From Octopus sinensis (taxonomy: Eukaryota), in contig NC_043015.1 in assembly GCF_006345805.1 (NCBI RefSeq), positions 3,844,001-3,908,000 on the forward strand: 64,000 nucleotides of DNA, read 5' to 3'. The notes beneath the pieces are model-generated. The model made no database searches, was not told the origin of the DNA, and saw only the letters and a program-made list of their open reading frames with translations. The position numbers and the translations under genes were made by a program. Positions 14,658 to 27,004 of this stretch are shown here, in pieces (within the stretch, counting starts at the first letter, position 1; every line of letters starts with the position of its first letter).

Positions 14658-15581
14658 GGAGCATTCGGATCGGCTTTCGAACATGATCTAGCATCGAAAA
14701 TTTCAAATTGACACAAAAGTGACGTCTATCTATTATAGGAGAACAAACATAAATTCTTGTTCGATTGCTGGCTGCTAAAGATCGTAAACTTATTGATTGG
14801 TCTAGAACACATTAAATGAATTATGTATTTCATTTGCCGATAATCGATGGCCTCACATTAATTAATACTCTACGCTCAGCTCCGTTCTAAATAATAGCCG
14901 ATAGTATAGATTATCGATAACGTTTTTTTTTCTTCTTTGTGTGTTTTATTAATCTACTTCCGACGATTTTATGCAGTCAATGTGATAAATTTTTTGCTGT
15001 TTTCTATGTCAGTTTATGACGTCAGTGCATATAGGTATAGAAATTGCAAAACACATACGTAGATGAAAAACAGATAAATATTAAAAAAAAAGACGACTAG
15101 AAACACTCCGAAGAACACAAACTCGCAAACACGCACCTGCATGTATGAATGTATTTTAATATAATCACATATATATATATGATTGTCTCCCCTTCGTAAA
15201 TGTATATAAGGACACATGAAAAAAATGTATCAAAGCCATCAGGAGGCGTTCGATGCTTCCTAGGGCTATACAGCGTTGGTGTACCCCCTACTGTCACGTT
15301 CTTGTTAGATTGACAGTATACAACCATTCTATCGCCCCACCACCGTACATGTCTCTACGAGAGATTTAGAAATTCAATATTTCTTATTTTGATAATCAGT
15401 GAATAGACTTCATTGAATTATAGATATATACAATTGCGAAGTCGAGACAAAGATCACCGCCCCCCCCTTTTTTTTTTTTGGTTATTGTGGTGTGTTTGTT
15501 TCGAGTGCGTCATTGTGAAGAGATTGTGAGTTCGAGTTCGTTGGAGGACGTTGAAAAGTTTTTTGTTGGAGATTTTTGAAA

Positions 15582-16388
15582 ATGCAAGAGCAGACTTATG
15601 CGAGAGCGGCAGGCAGAGGCCTAGTTGCCAGTGAACTGGAAATGGAAGAAGTGGTGGTCGAACAGAAAACTCTAGAGAAGTATTTCGACAGTTTGAAGAG
15701 GGAGGGTGACTGCGTGAGAGTCACACCCGTCGAGGAGGAAGAAAGCAACGTGGAGAAGCGTATGATAACGTACAGGACATGGTGTGTGGCGTCGAAAAAA
15801 GTTGAAGTAGCAGAAACGGAAGAAGTAGAAAAGTGTCTGAAGGAAATTGAGTGTGAACCCACATTTTTCAAGAGGAAGGAAATATGCCACAGTGGTGGTA
15901 TATTTTAAAACAGAAAATGAAGCAAAAAAGAATGCAACAAGAATTTTGAAAACGGATAAGTGGACTTTACTACCAAGTTACTGCGGAAGGAGGGCAGTGA
16001 GGATGAGAATTAGCAGAATTTCGCCCGAATTTAATATGGAGAGGTTGTTGGCGGCAGTGGTTTTCAACTGCAAGGATAGTGTGGAGGTGTTGAAGGTGGA
16101 GAAGTCAACAGAGGTTAAGTGGTGGGGATATACGGTGCAGGTTCTGGCACACATAACCGTGCGAGACCTGTACAACATCCCGGAGGAGTTGGTCTACCCT
16201 GATGAGACACGGCTTAGAGTCGTGGTAGAAGGAAGACCCCCAGTCTGTGCTATAATTGTAAATCAAGGGGCCACATGAAGGATGTGTGCCCGCTGGAAAA
16301 AACGAAAGCACCGGAGGCTGTAATAGAGGAGTGTAAAGATGCGTGTGTGGAGGAGGGAGAAGTGCAGGAGGAAACAAAAAAAACAGCT
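15582..16388 (+). pseudogene. LINE ORF1 (L1/Tx1-like nucleic-acid-binding protein with CCHC zinc knuckle), two frameshifts, truncated by assembly gap
   Basis: ORFs 15576-15908, 15847-16278 and 16275- join into MQEQTYARAA..KYATVVVYFKTENEAK..LRVVVEGRPPV-CYNCKSRGHMKDVC; CX2CX4HX4C at 16248-16289. Confidence 0.75.
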
Positions 16389-16488
16389 NNNNNNNNNNNN
16401 NNNNNNNNNNNNNNNNNNNNNNNNNNNNNNNNNNNNNNNNNNNNNNNNNNNNNNNNNNNNNNNNNNNNNNNNNNNNNNNNNNNNNNNN
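16389..16488. other. Assembly gap (100 N)
   Basis: Run of 100 Ns. Confidence 1.
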
Positions 16489-16961
16489 TGTGTGTGTGTG
16501 TGTATACATATGATTATATATTTAATTGGAAATGTTGACACTGGCCAACGAGGATTCGGTTTACTTTCTGTCATGTGATTAACTCGAATGAGGAAAATAG
16601 GCCTTCCTTTTGTAGTGGGCATACATTTTTGCCGACATAAAAGTGCCTAAGATAACTGTAGTCGGAACTTTGCATTATGGACCATTGCTCTATGACTCAG
16701 CCTCCATCACAATTATATTCAGGTGAATGATATAAATATCCAGGTGAATGAGATAAATTCATAAATGTCTATGTATCACTGACGACATAAATTCTATATA
16801 CTCTGAAGCTGTTTGATTTTTTTAAAAAATTGATTGTTTAATGGGGATTGTTTCAGAAACTGCAGCAGCCAGATACGAATCAACGATGAAAACAAATTAT
16901 ATTCATACAGTTCAAATTCCACTGTTGGGGGACAAATCTAAGCTATATTTGAATAAGAGTT

Positions 16962-17210
16962 AGGCGGCGAGCTGGCTGAAGGCGGCGAGCTGGCTGAAAC
17001 GTTAATACGCCAGGCGAAATACGTAGCCGTATTTCGTCTGCCGTTACGTTCTGAGTTCAAATTCCGCCGAGGTCGACTTTGCCTTTCATCCTTTCTGCGT
17101 CGATAAATAAAGTACCAGTTTCACACTGGGCTCGATGTAATCTACTTAATTCCTTTGTCTGTCCTTGTTTGTCCCTCTATGTTTAGCCCCTTGTGGGTAG
17201 TAAAGAAATA
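16962..17210 (+). mobile_element. SINE family A, full length, duplicated 18-nt head, 17-bp TSD
   Basis: AGGCGGCGAGCTGGCTGA x2; B-box-like GAGTTCAAATTCC; TSD TATATTT(G/A)AATAAGAGT at 16944-16960 and 17211-17227. Confidence 0.9.
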
Positions 17211-17223
17211 TATATTTAAATAA

Positions 17224-17591
17224 GAGTGGTTGTGTTGTAATTAACATGGTTACGGGTTCAGTGCCACTGCGTGGCACCTTGGATTGTGTCTTCAACTACA
17301 GCATCGGGCTGACCAAAGCCTTGTGTTTTGATTTGGTAGACGGAAACTGAAAGAAGCCCGTCGTATATGTGTGTGTGTGTTTGTGTGTCTGTGTTTGTCC
17401 CCACACCAACTTCGCTTCATAACCGATACTGATGTATTTCTGTCCCCGTAACTTAGCGGTTCGGGAAGATAGACCGATAGAGTTAGTGCTATGTTTACAA
17501 AGATAATTCCTGGGGTCGATTTGCTCGAATAAAGACGGTACTCCAGCATAGCCACAGTCACATGACTGAAACATGTAAAATATTAAAAGAG
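17224..17591 (+). mobile_element. SINE family B, near full length
   Basis: tRNA-like head GGGTTCAGTGCCACTGCGTGGCACCTTGG, internal TG tract, 3' part GTCCCCGTAACTTAGCGGTTCGG..CTCCAGCAT..GACTGAAACA. Confidence 0.85.
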
Positions 17592-18200
17592 AAGTTAAAT
17601 GACAACTACAGGTTCCTTTGACAATGACCAAGTTACAGTGCTGTGGATATATATGTCGAGTAGAAGTGATTGCATGCAGTGGCATTGTACGAGTGGTGAC
17701 AGACGGATATGATAATACCTTGCATTATATAAATAATTTGATATGTGCTCGAAGACAATTCGGTCTTTTGTAACAACAGATGCTTTAGGGTTTTATTCGA
17801 AATCACAGGAAAAGCATAGCGATCCGAATCTTAAACCTCAATTCTTACTTCGTTTTTAGATTCTACACATTTTCTTTATTACAGCTCAATATAACTGGAA
17901 TATTTTTCAGGTGAAGCAAATTTCATTAATTGATATCAAGTTCATTTCAAGATAACCGTTTGGTACAATGACGATTGATCTATTTAAATGTATGTTGCTT
18001 CCCTCCACCATTTCTTTCCTATTAAGCGATATGAGTGTACGTCTGTTCACACTTAAATATAAGTGTGCGTTCGAGTATTATTTAAATATATGTGTCTCAG
18101 ATGTGTGTGCGTGTCAGTGCGAGTGCCTGTGGATATGTGTTTGTATATATATTTTATATATATATATAATATATATCATATATATATTATATATATATAT

Positions 18201-18232
<32 letters not shown>

Positions 18233-18373
18233 GAAATATTAAAATTACTAAGTCTCTCTAAAACTAAGGCGATGGCCTCATGGAGCTAATAAGCGGACAG
18301 CTTATTCTTATTTCATAAGATGCCATATTAGTATGACGATAACTATTATTAGACTATTAACTATATATATATT

Positions 18374-18408
<35 letters not shown>

Positions 18409-18461
18409 TTAATACATGCATCCATATACATATATATTCATATATATATATATATCTATAT

Positions 18462-18557
<96 letters not shown>

Positions 18558-19657
18558 TCACACATATATGTGTGTGTATGTATATATACATTTATATACG
18601 TACTTGCATTATATACAGTTATTATATATAAATATGTGTGTGTATGTGTGTGTAACGGGATGACACTGAGCTGATCCCTTCGTGGGGCAACTCCAAGACA
18701 TCAGACTAGGCAATGGCACCCCGGTCTCGCACCATTTCCATTATACTGGTCAGTTACTACAAAACCACTTCTGTATCCGGACTGTCATTGCATAGTGACC
18801 ATCCGGATTCCCCCCTCCCCGTGAGCAATACTCCAATCTTCCCTTTCTTTGCGCCACATATCTCATCGCTCCTCCTCACTTCATCTGACTCCCCACCTCT
18901 CCTCTCTTATTCTCACACCTAATTCCTCTCTTCACCCTTACCAATCTTCACCCTTCCTTGATACCACACCTACCCTACATATATGTTTTTCTGCTTATAT
19001 GATATTATGTTTTTATTTTTTTTTTCGGGTTGATGAATCTACAAAATATTAACTTCACAAAGAACAGTCAAATCAAGTCTCACGCGTGTTTTGAAGGTGG
19101 AATCTAAACCATAGCACCAGCCCAAAGGAGTCAAAGAGATTCAGGCTTGTGCAGCAGCACCATTCTTACAATTTAGAAGCGTTGAATTTCAATTTTACCG
19201 TTTGCAACGTAATTATAACCAAAAGTCATGGCATCTTGACAGCATTATTTATCGAAAAATAAGGAAAAAATAATTAATCCCATTGCATTCAATAAACTTC
19301 GTTTTCGAACAGAATTAAGTATAATGTGGAGAAAAACAGAATTATCGCCTTATCCTAGAGCGGGGTAAGTGGGGGCATGCTAAAAATCGTGTATGGAGTT
19401 TTGAATTTTGGCCTTCTCACAAAGTTCAAGTGAGCTGTGACCAAACTATAATATAAACAACAGCTTGTGCTAGAGCGTAAGTGAATCGCTATCCGAACGT
19501 AAGTGTTGCTGATAAAGATAAAGCCATGGCTTTAGAAATACATTAAGCGACAAGCATGATTCGGTCAAGCAAGTAAGTTCCAAATATGAATAACGCTGCA
19601 AGTAAATGACTCGTAAATTCATCGATCGGTTGTGTTGCCATATTCTGTGTGTGTTTA

Positions 19658-19830
19658 CAGGGCCTAGAGTTTTAGGCGTTTCACTCACGATTACGCGATC
19701 GTGGTTTCAGTTCTTAGAGTGGGTGGTAAGTTGTGTTCTTGAGCAAAGCATTTCACCTCACGTTGATCTGCGATCACTTTCACAACTGACTTGTGGAACA
19801 CCCTGAAACGGATCACTCATCGCCGATTCG
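19658..19830 (+). mobile_element. SINE family C-like, 5' part, diverged
   Basis: CTCACGAT..GATCGTGGTTTCAGTTC..TGTTCTTGAGCAAAGCATTTCAC resembles the head of 29593-29905. Confidence 0.55.
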
Positions 19831-20301
19831 ATGCAGGTAGAAAGCAAACATATTTTATGACTACAAACAAAACCTTTTTGCTGGTCGCTCAACGGGAGAC
19901 TCCATCACACAGATATATTCTCACGCACTTACACGCACACACACGTACTCATTTCAAATATTTATGGCATGTGTCCGTGTTTAAGTAAGACGTGATCATC
20001 AGACATTAAATCTGTGTCTTTTAAATTTTAAAACTTTTAACATGAAGATTTTTATCTACAAGGGCGCACTCTGGGTAACATTTGTAGAAACACACTTATA
20101 TTCCATATGTTTAATATATACTAAAACCATGATTTTACTTTACTAGCTGAATGAAAGTAACATCCGTTTGTTCGCAATATGGAAGCGTCACTAAGTAATC
20201 GATATATAAATTCTTATGCTTTGGACTAATACGAATTTGTTGGTATAGACACATACATGTATACATAAATACACACACATACACACACGCACACACACCA
20301 C

Positions 20302-20347
<46 letters not shown>

Positions 20348-21465
20348 TATATATATATATATATATATATAAACATCAGTTGTTACACAAACATGTGCCC
20401 ACATTTATAAATGTAAAAGCAGACCTTAATATTAATAGACAAAAAGATGGATACTGTGAGAGATAAATACATAAAGAAATGAAAGAAAAACATTTCAATA
20501 TAGACATGAAAAAAGTACTTCCTTTCTTCTCTTTTGAGACCAAATTACATTAAATTGTACATAAATTTAGAGACTGATATTTGGCTTTCTATATGAAATA
20601 TTTCGTAAATATATTGACAGTCTGTCTAAAATGCGAGGCATTCATTGAAACTTAATTAAGATTATATATGTATTTCAGGTGGTCAATTTATTTTGCTTCT
20701 AAAAAAAATTCTTGTATATTTTTTTTTACAATTCAAATATATATTATTAAATCAGAAATAAAAGTAAGCAAATTTCTAAGGATATCAAAAATGCTTTGTA
20801 TGCATCAGCATTGATTGGCAACATAAGTCTGAATACATATTCAATATTTACCAATCATATATATTGCATTATGCAAACGCAAATATAATTACAACGAATG
20901 CTATTTGTATTGACGTAATTACATTTTTAAACAGTTTCTAACTTATATATTTTACATTAAAAGTTGTTTTTTTTTTCAATTGAAATTAAAATTAAAATTA
21001 CTACCGAGACGCCGTTAATTCTTGAAAATACATGTATTATGGTAAATAAATACATCCATGTAATTCAATGAATTACGTGAAGCGACATTTTGTTGGAATA
21101 TGTGTACTGACAGATAATACGATAGAATATTGAAATGAAATATGATAAAGTGTGTTATTCTGCGTTACGTGTTCATTGAGAAGATGTTACTATTTGGTAA
21201 ACAGTCAATTGAAAATAAATGGCAGGGTTATGAAAAGCACCATATGAAATACAGTACCTATTATCAGTATTCTATTCTTCTGTTCACTCACGTATATTTA
21301 TGTACAATAATAACCGTTCCATGTTTCCTACCAATTCACCTGTTCTTTGTCGTCATATTGTAATGGTTTCAGGTAACGTTACAGCTACTCAAACTCACAT
21401 GCATTAACGCAAACACCCTATATATATATACCCAAATCATATATCTGTGTGCATCTCTCTCTCTC

Positions 21466-21514
<49 letters not shown>

Positions 21515-21735
21515 TATATATATATACATATATATATATTTATATAATATATATATTATATAATATATATTATATATATATAATATATATATATTTTAAA
21601 AAAAGGAGATGTCGAACACGAGTGGTGATATATAAAAAGGAAATGAAGAAAATGCTGACAAATAATTGAAGTAATTTAAGTATTTAATTAGGTGAAAGTT
21701 CTTTTTACCGGTTGCGCATTTTGTTATGCTTATCA

Positions 21736-22199
21736 TTGAAAACCATCCTAACAAATGCCAAAGTACTGCCAACCACAACAACTAAACCCACAGTAAAACA
21801 AATGCAATAGACCCAACTGTGGTATATGCATCAACCTAATAGAAGGTCCGGAATTCCTTTTTAAACAAGGACAACGTTTCACAGTATAACACAACTTCAC
21901 ATGCTCATCAGAAAACCTAGTATATGTCTTAACTTGCTCGGGCTGTAATGAACACTACATAGGCCAAACAAAAATAGCCTCCGCCAACGCATGACTGTCC
22001 ACAGATCCCAAATAAAAATACAGGAATATAGAAAATAGCATTTAGTGCACATATTGATACCTGTGCCGCACAACTCCATCCCATTTTAGAATCTTTCCCC
22101 TCTACAAATTTTAAAGACAATTCCACTCATACCCAGCGAATAACCATGGAATCCCACCTTATTAATAAATACAGACCACTTCTAAACAGATGCCTCTAA
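21736..22199 (+). pseudogene. PLE GIY-YIG endonuclease domain remnant
   Basis: CNRPNCGICINL..HNFTCSSENLVYVLTCSGCNEHYIGQT..RQRMTVHRSQI..MESHLINKYRPLLNRCL*, with frameshifts and a stop. Confidence 0.88.
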
Positions 22200-22903
22200 C
22201 ACGAACCCACAACAAACCACTTACACCTGCAACAACACCCTACACACACCTTTACCCAGATATTAACACCATGACACACACAAATATATGGTTCCACACA
22301 TACACATAATTGAATACGGGTGCAAAACATCCAACACTATTTTTTGGAAATGGCTGTAATATTGACTTCACACAAATACGTTGCTTCCCGATACAGGCAC
22401 AAGGCCAGCCGAACTATATATTGAAAATTGTACCCACACACATACACAAATATCACGCGCGCGCGCCCCAACATACATTAAACACAACACGCGCGCGCGG
22501 CGCACACACACATACATACATACAGCTCTCCCTGTTCTAAACGAACTTACTTATCCAGTCAAGCGGAAAATACACTCCCTAACTACGCGCTAAAAAGCTA
22601 TTTAAAATATCCACATGACGTCTACTGACCAGCCTGAACAATAAGAATTTTCAACAACACTATTTTCGAAAATTCTAAACATTCACGTGACTCTCTTTAT
22701 TATGGCCAATAGAAATTTTAGGCGGGACACTAGCCAAATTTTAACTCTCTGGAGCCTTTTTTCTTACCCCAACACCAACTTCCATTCAAACATTCACGTG
22801 ACCCCTTCATAATGACCAATCAAAATTTTAGGCGCGAAACCAAGCAAATCCAAACAACTCTGGAGCCTCTTTTTTTCACATATAAGAGACAGACTCTAAT
22901 CTC

Positions 22904-22950
22904 TCTTTTATATTTTGATAAGCATAACAAATGCGCAACCGGTAAAAAGA
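22904..22950 (+). ncRNA. Minimal hammerhead-like motif with variant core (U3-A8, A13C)
   Basis: TCTTTT..TTGATAA-GCAT-AACAA-ATGC-GCAA-CCGG-TA-AAAAGA; 5 extra nt between stem I and the core. Confidence 0.5.
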
Positions 22951-23022
22951 ACTTTCACCTAATTAAATTACTTAAATTACTTCAATTATTTGTCAGCATT
23001 TTCTTCATTTCCTTTTATATAT

Positions 23023-23066
<44 letters not shown>

Positions 23067-23071
23067 TTATT

Positions 23072-23138
<67 letters not shown>

Positions 23139-23204
23139 ATATATATATACGTGTGTATCTACATATATGTATATATGCATGTATGAATGTATATATATGT
23201 ATAC

Positions 23205-23248
<44 letters not shown>

Positions 23249-23579
23249 GTGGGGGTATATGTATGTATATGTATTACATGCGGAAAGAGGTGAGAGCCAG
23301 AAAGAGAGAGACAGAGGCTGTTTGTTCGAATTGTGAATGGGGGACATATGCCAGAGAACATCTAACTTCCTGTAAGATATAAAGATCAAATCTTCAACAC
23401 CAAGATATGCCAGAGAATACGTGGTCGTGATCAATGCATTTAATACAAACTAAATTCCTGGGTAGACATGCAGAAATATGTAAAGAAAAACTGCGTGGAA
23501 ACGTCAGAATTCAATTAAAAGCAGTATCGTTTTACTGATTGAACTTCATTTAACTCAAATTTCCATTGTGTATTTTTCT

Positions 23580-23895
23580 CCTTTTCTTCTCTTTCTTCTT
23601 TCTCGATTTCTTCTTCTTCTTCTTCTTTCTCGATTTCTTCTTCTTCTTCTTCTTCTTCTTCTTCTTCTTCTTCTTCTTCTTCTTCTTTTTCTTCTTTTTC
23701 TTCTTCTTTTTAGTCTTCTTCTTCTTTTTCTTCTTCTTTTTCTTCTTCTTCTTCTTCTTCTACTTCTTCTTCTCCTTTTTCTTCTCCTTCCTCTTCTCCT
23801 TTTTCTCCTTCTACTTCTTCCTCTTCTCCTTTTTCTTCTTCTTCTTCTTCTTCTCTTCTTCTTCTTTCTTCTTCTTTCCTCTTCTACTTCTTCGT
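23580..23895. repeat. (CTT)n / pyrimidine-rich microsatellite
   Basis: Direct reading; explains the poly-F/poly-L ORFs. Confidence 0.95.
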
Positions 23896-23899
23896 TGTC

Positions 23900-24300
23900 T
23901 TGTTGTTACTTTACTTCCCTGAAGATATTCAACATAGACGTAGCAGTCTCTAAATCCTACCTATCCCGTGCAGATCAGTTTTTGGGGGCATCCACTAGTT
24001 GGATGTGAATTCCAATTTCTTTTCAATATTCCTCGAACTTGTTTGTTAGTGCTTCGAGTGCCCCTCCAACTACAAGGATGACAGTCACTTTTATCAGAGT
24101 CCACATTCTTGCAATTTCGTCTTTTAGCAGACTGTATTATTCAAACGTGTCTATGTCTTCCTAAGTTATTCGAACATCCCTAGGTTTTGCAATACTTTTC
24201 TTGCTGTATATCGTCTCTACAACTTTGATACTTTGCATATATAAAATTTCCATGCCAGATATTGGGTTGTGCATTCTATATCCTATCTTCTTGTTGATTA
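23900..24300 (-). mobile_element. RLE-type non-LTR retrotransposon (R4/Dong-like) 3' fragment
   Basis: Minus strand YSLLKDEIARMWTLIKVTVILVVGGALEAL matches the KY..L..EI.RMW..V.PVV.GALG motif of restriction-like endonuclease domains. Confidence 0.65.
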
Positions 24301-24323
24301 CTAGTGTTGATTGTCTAATAGTC

Positions 24324-24324
<1 letters not shown>

Positions 24325-24401
<77 letters not shown>

Positions 24402-24465
24402 TAATAGTAATAATAATAATAGTATTATTATTATTACTATCATCATCATCATCATCATCCTCATC
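24325..24465. repeat. (ATT)n/(ATC)n microsatellite
   Basis: Direct reading. Confidence 0.95.
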
Positions 24466-24469
24466 CTCT

Positions 24470-24610
24470 GTACATCGAAGGGCCAGCCTCGTCAGTTGTG
24501 TCACGATGAGTCTCTCCCTGAACTGCGATAAGTGTACACGTGTTTGCAGTATGCTCCACCATTTTATTTTCACGAGCATGCTGTTCGTCGATCTTATCAT
24601 CAGCTGGAAT
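24470..24610 (+). mobile_element. SINE family C, 3' fragment
   Basis: GGCCAGCCT..GTGTCACG..TCTCCCTG..ACACGTGT..TTTCACGAGCA..CATCAGCTGG matches 29745-29880. Confidence 0.7.
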
Positions 24611-24656
24611 ACACATGCTTGTACTCCTTATATATATATAGATAATATTATAATAT

Positions 24657-24698
<42 letters not shown>

Positions 24699-24724
24699 GC
24701 ATACGTATGTATACGTATATATAC

Positions 24725-24875
24725 ATACAGGGGTTCTTTCAGTTTCCATCTAAGAAATCCTCAAAGGATTCGGTCGCCCGAGTCTATATTAAGAAGTACA
24801 CACGGTGCCACTCAGTGGGATGGAACTCGAGACAATGCAGTCGGAAACCAAGATTCTTAGTACACAACCTACTGT
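24725..24875 (-). mobile_element. SINE family B, 5' half
   Basis: TTCTTTCAGTTTCC..GTGCCACTCAGTGGGA resembles 45457-45600. Confidence 0.7.
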
Positions 24876-24947
24876 ACTTGGTGTGTGTGTGTGTATACAC
24901 ACATACACACACATGTATATACTTATATGTACACGTATATTATTCTA

Positions 24948-26196
24948 TTTTTTTACTTTTGCATCCGTAAATTTAGAAGACAATTTTGCCTTTGTGAGAA
25001 TATTTTTAAGTGATTTAGGCTGTTTGTAGCTTTTAATGATTTGGTGTATGTTTCGAATTCCTTTAATTTGGGGTTTTTATGAAGTATTGGTAAATTCTGG
25101 GTGATGATGGTGAAAGCTTCTTTGTTTCTGGGTTGTATGTAGATATGTAAGGTAGTATTTTCGGGAAGGTGTGTTGTTGTGTTGAACTTTTCTTAAAGTT
25201 TCTATGTTGATTTCTGTTGCACGTCTGATCCCATCCTCTATGAGTTGAGTTGGGTAATGTTTTATATCTTTATAACTCGGAAAGAAAATACGTATAACAT
25301 ACATATATTGAAAATGTAACATTCGTTTATACAATGAATATTTGTGAATATCTTTTTAAGTATGTTTCCATATGTTCGTTCACATAATGCTTTAGACAAA
25401 GGCAAAATTGTCTTCTAAAATTACGGATGCAAAAGTAAAAAAAATGTGGTAGATCGAACTGTGCAACATGTCCTAACCTATTGGAAGGATCAGAATTCTT
25501 CTTTAAAGAGGGACAGAAATTCAAGATCAAATCTAACTTTACTTGTGCCTCTGAAAACATATTTATGTCATTAAATGCTCGGGCTGCCACCAAGACTACG
25601 TGTATCCACGGCACTATCACTCAGACGTAGATGCACACTGCATCGACACATATTGCATTCCAGATATAGAAAATGATCCTTTTAGTGAACACATTGAGAA
25701 ATGCGCAAAGCAACATACAACCACAATTTTTAATCTCCATTTTACCAATGTGCTTTCGGATCATCATCACAAATTAGACTAAATAAGGAACATTCTTCAT
25801 TGAAAGTACAAACCCAGACTCAACTATCCGAACTCAATAATACAGACAAATTCACACTAAAGGAAAAAAAAATTTAAGCGATTATCTCCCTTAAACCGGA
25901 AGAAATCACTCACTACTTTCCCTTATTTAGAACTCTCCGTAGCAAAAATACAAGGATTACGTTATTAAAAATAAACATTAAATCACAAGAAATTTGAAGA
26001 GCTAACTGCGAAACCGGTATTTCTTTAAAAATTATAAAATTCTGTCATTTTAAGGAGGGAAAAAAATTTTTCCAATATTCTCCAGACGTTTTGACGCAAA
26101 TATATATATTTTTAAACATTTAAGCCTTCTGTCGTTTTTTCACTCTTTACTATTTTCTTATATATTCACCCACGTGCTTTACCAAAACAAACTTTC

Positions 26197-26197
<1 letters not shown>
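24948..26197 (+). mobile_element. Penelope-like element with inverted 5' part (24948-25270 minus: RT thumb/linker; 25396-25830 plus: GIY-YIG; then pLTR)
   Basis: Minus: HYPTQLIEDGIRRATEINIETLRK; plus: KCGRSNCATCPNLLEG..IKSNFTCASEN..SLRRRCTLHR..FSEHIEKCAK; homologous to 6160-6808. Confidence 0.85.
25987..26025 (+). ncRNA. Minimal type I hammerhead motif (C3U) in PLE pLTR
   Basis: AAGAAA-T-TTGAAGA-GC-TAACT-GC-GAAA-CCGG-TA-TTTCTT. Confidence 0.6.
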
Positions 26198-26243
<46 letters not shown>

Positions 26244-26289
26244 GTGTGTGTGTGTGTGTGTATGTATATAACAATTTTATTTTAACTAT

Positions 26290-26745
26290 TCTAAAATGTT
26301 TCAGCTGCAAAGCTGCTCTCATGCTCGAGCAACACTGAGCTACACGGTTATTTTGGAGCTCCTCTGATATGTGGCTTTTAGTCAATGGGAGGGTTAGATA
26401 CTGCTGCCTTCATCTGTATTTGGTGACGCGAGGTAGGCTCGCCTGGAACCCGTCTCAGGAAGAGATGCTCATTTGTTTGAAAGACACTTATACGCACACC
26501 ATGTAGGTCTCTCATGAATTTTGGAAGGATATTAGAGAGCTGTGGGCCCTTGACTTCCAAGCTGTTTTAGTATCTGGTCCTCTATTTTGATGACGACGCT
26601 GAGATTTTTGGCATATTGCAGTGGACTGCTATAGTTTGGTACAATACCTTCTACGATTTTCCAGATGTATATCACGGCATATCTCTCCCGCCTTCGTATC
26701 AGGGAGAAGTGCTATAATTCTTTAAGTATTCCCCCAGTAGCTGAC
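26290..26745 (-). mobile_element. CR1/L2-group LINE 3' fragment
   Basis: Minus strand FSLIRRRERYAVIYIWKIVEGIVPN..SLEVKGPQLSNILPKFMRDL..LFLRRVPGEP, a typical post-RT tail. Confidence 0.75.
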
Positions 26746-26813
26746 ATGTTTCAACGATATGTGGTGCATATTTATCATCTATCTATCTATCTCTATATAT
26801 ATGCATATATATA

Positions 26814-26859
<46 letters not shown>

Positions 26860-26957
26860 TATAATATATATAATATATATATATATATATATACAAATAT
26901 ATGTATATATATATATATGAATATATTACGTATATATGCATATACAGATACATACAT

Positions 26958-27004
<47 letters not shown>

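Larger units (their letters stand above)
21596..23021 (+). mobile_element. 5'-truncated Penelope-like element with inverted pseudo-LTR segment at its 5' end, within (TA)n
   Basis: Inverted repeats 21628-21735 / 22916-23021 flank a GIY-YIG coding remnant and a 3' UTR; TA-rich microsatellite on both sides. Confidence 0.9.

Noticed and set aside
23315-23365. CSNC..GH zinc-knuckle-like peptide
   Set aside because: Requires a frameshift and has wrong spacing; no supporting context.
23566-24970. Long poly-F/L/I/Y ORFs
   Set aside because: Read-through of (CTT)n and (ATT)n repeats.
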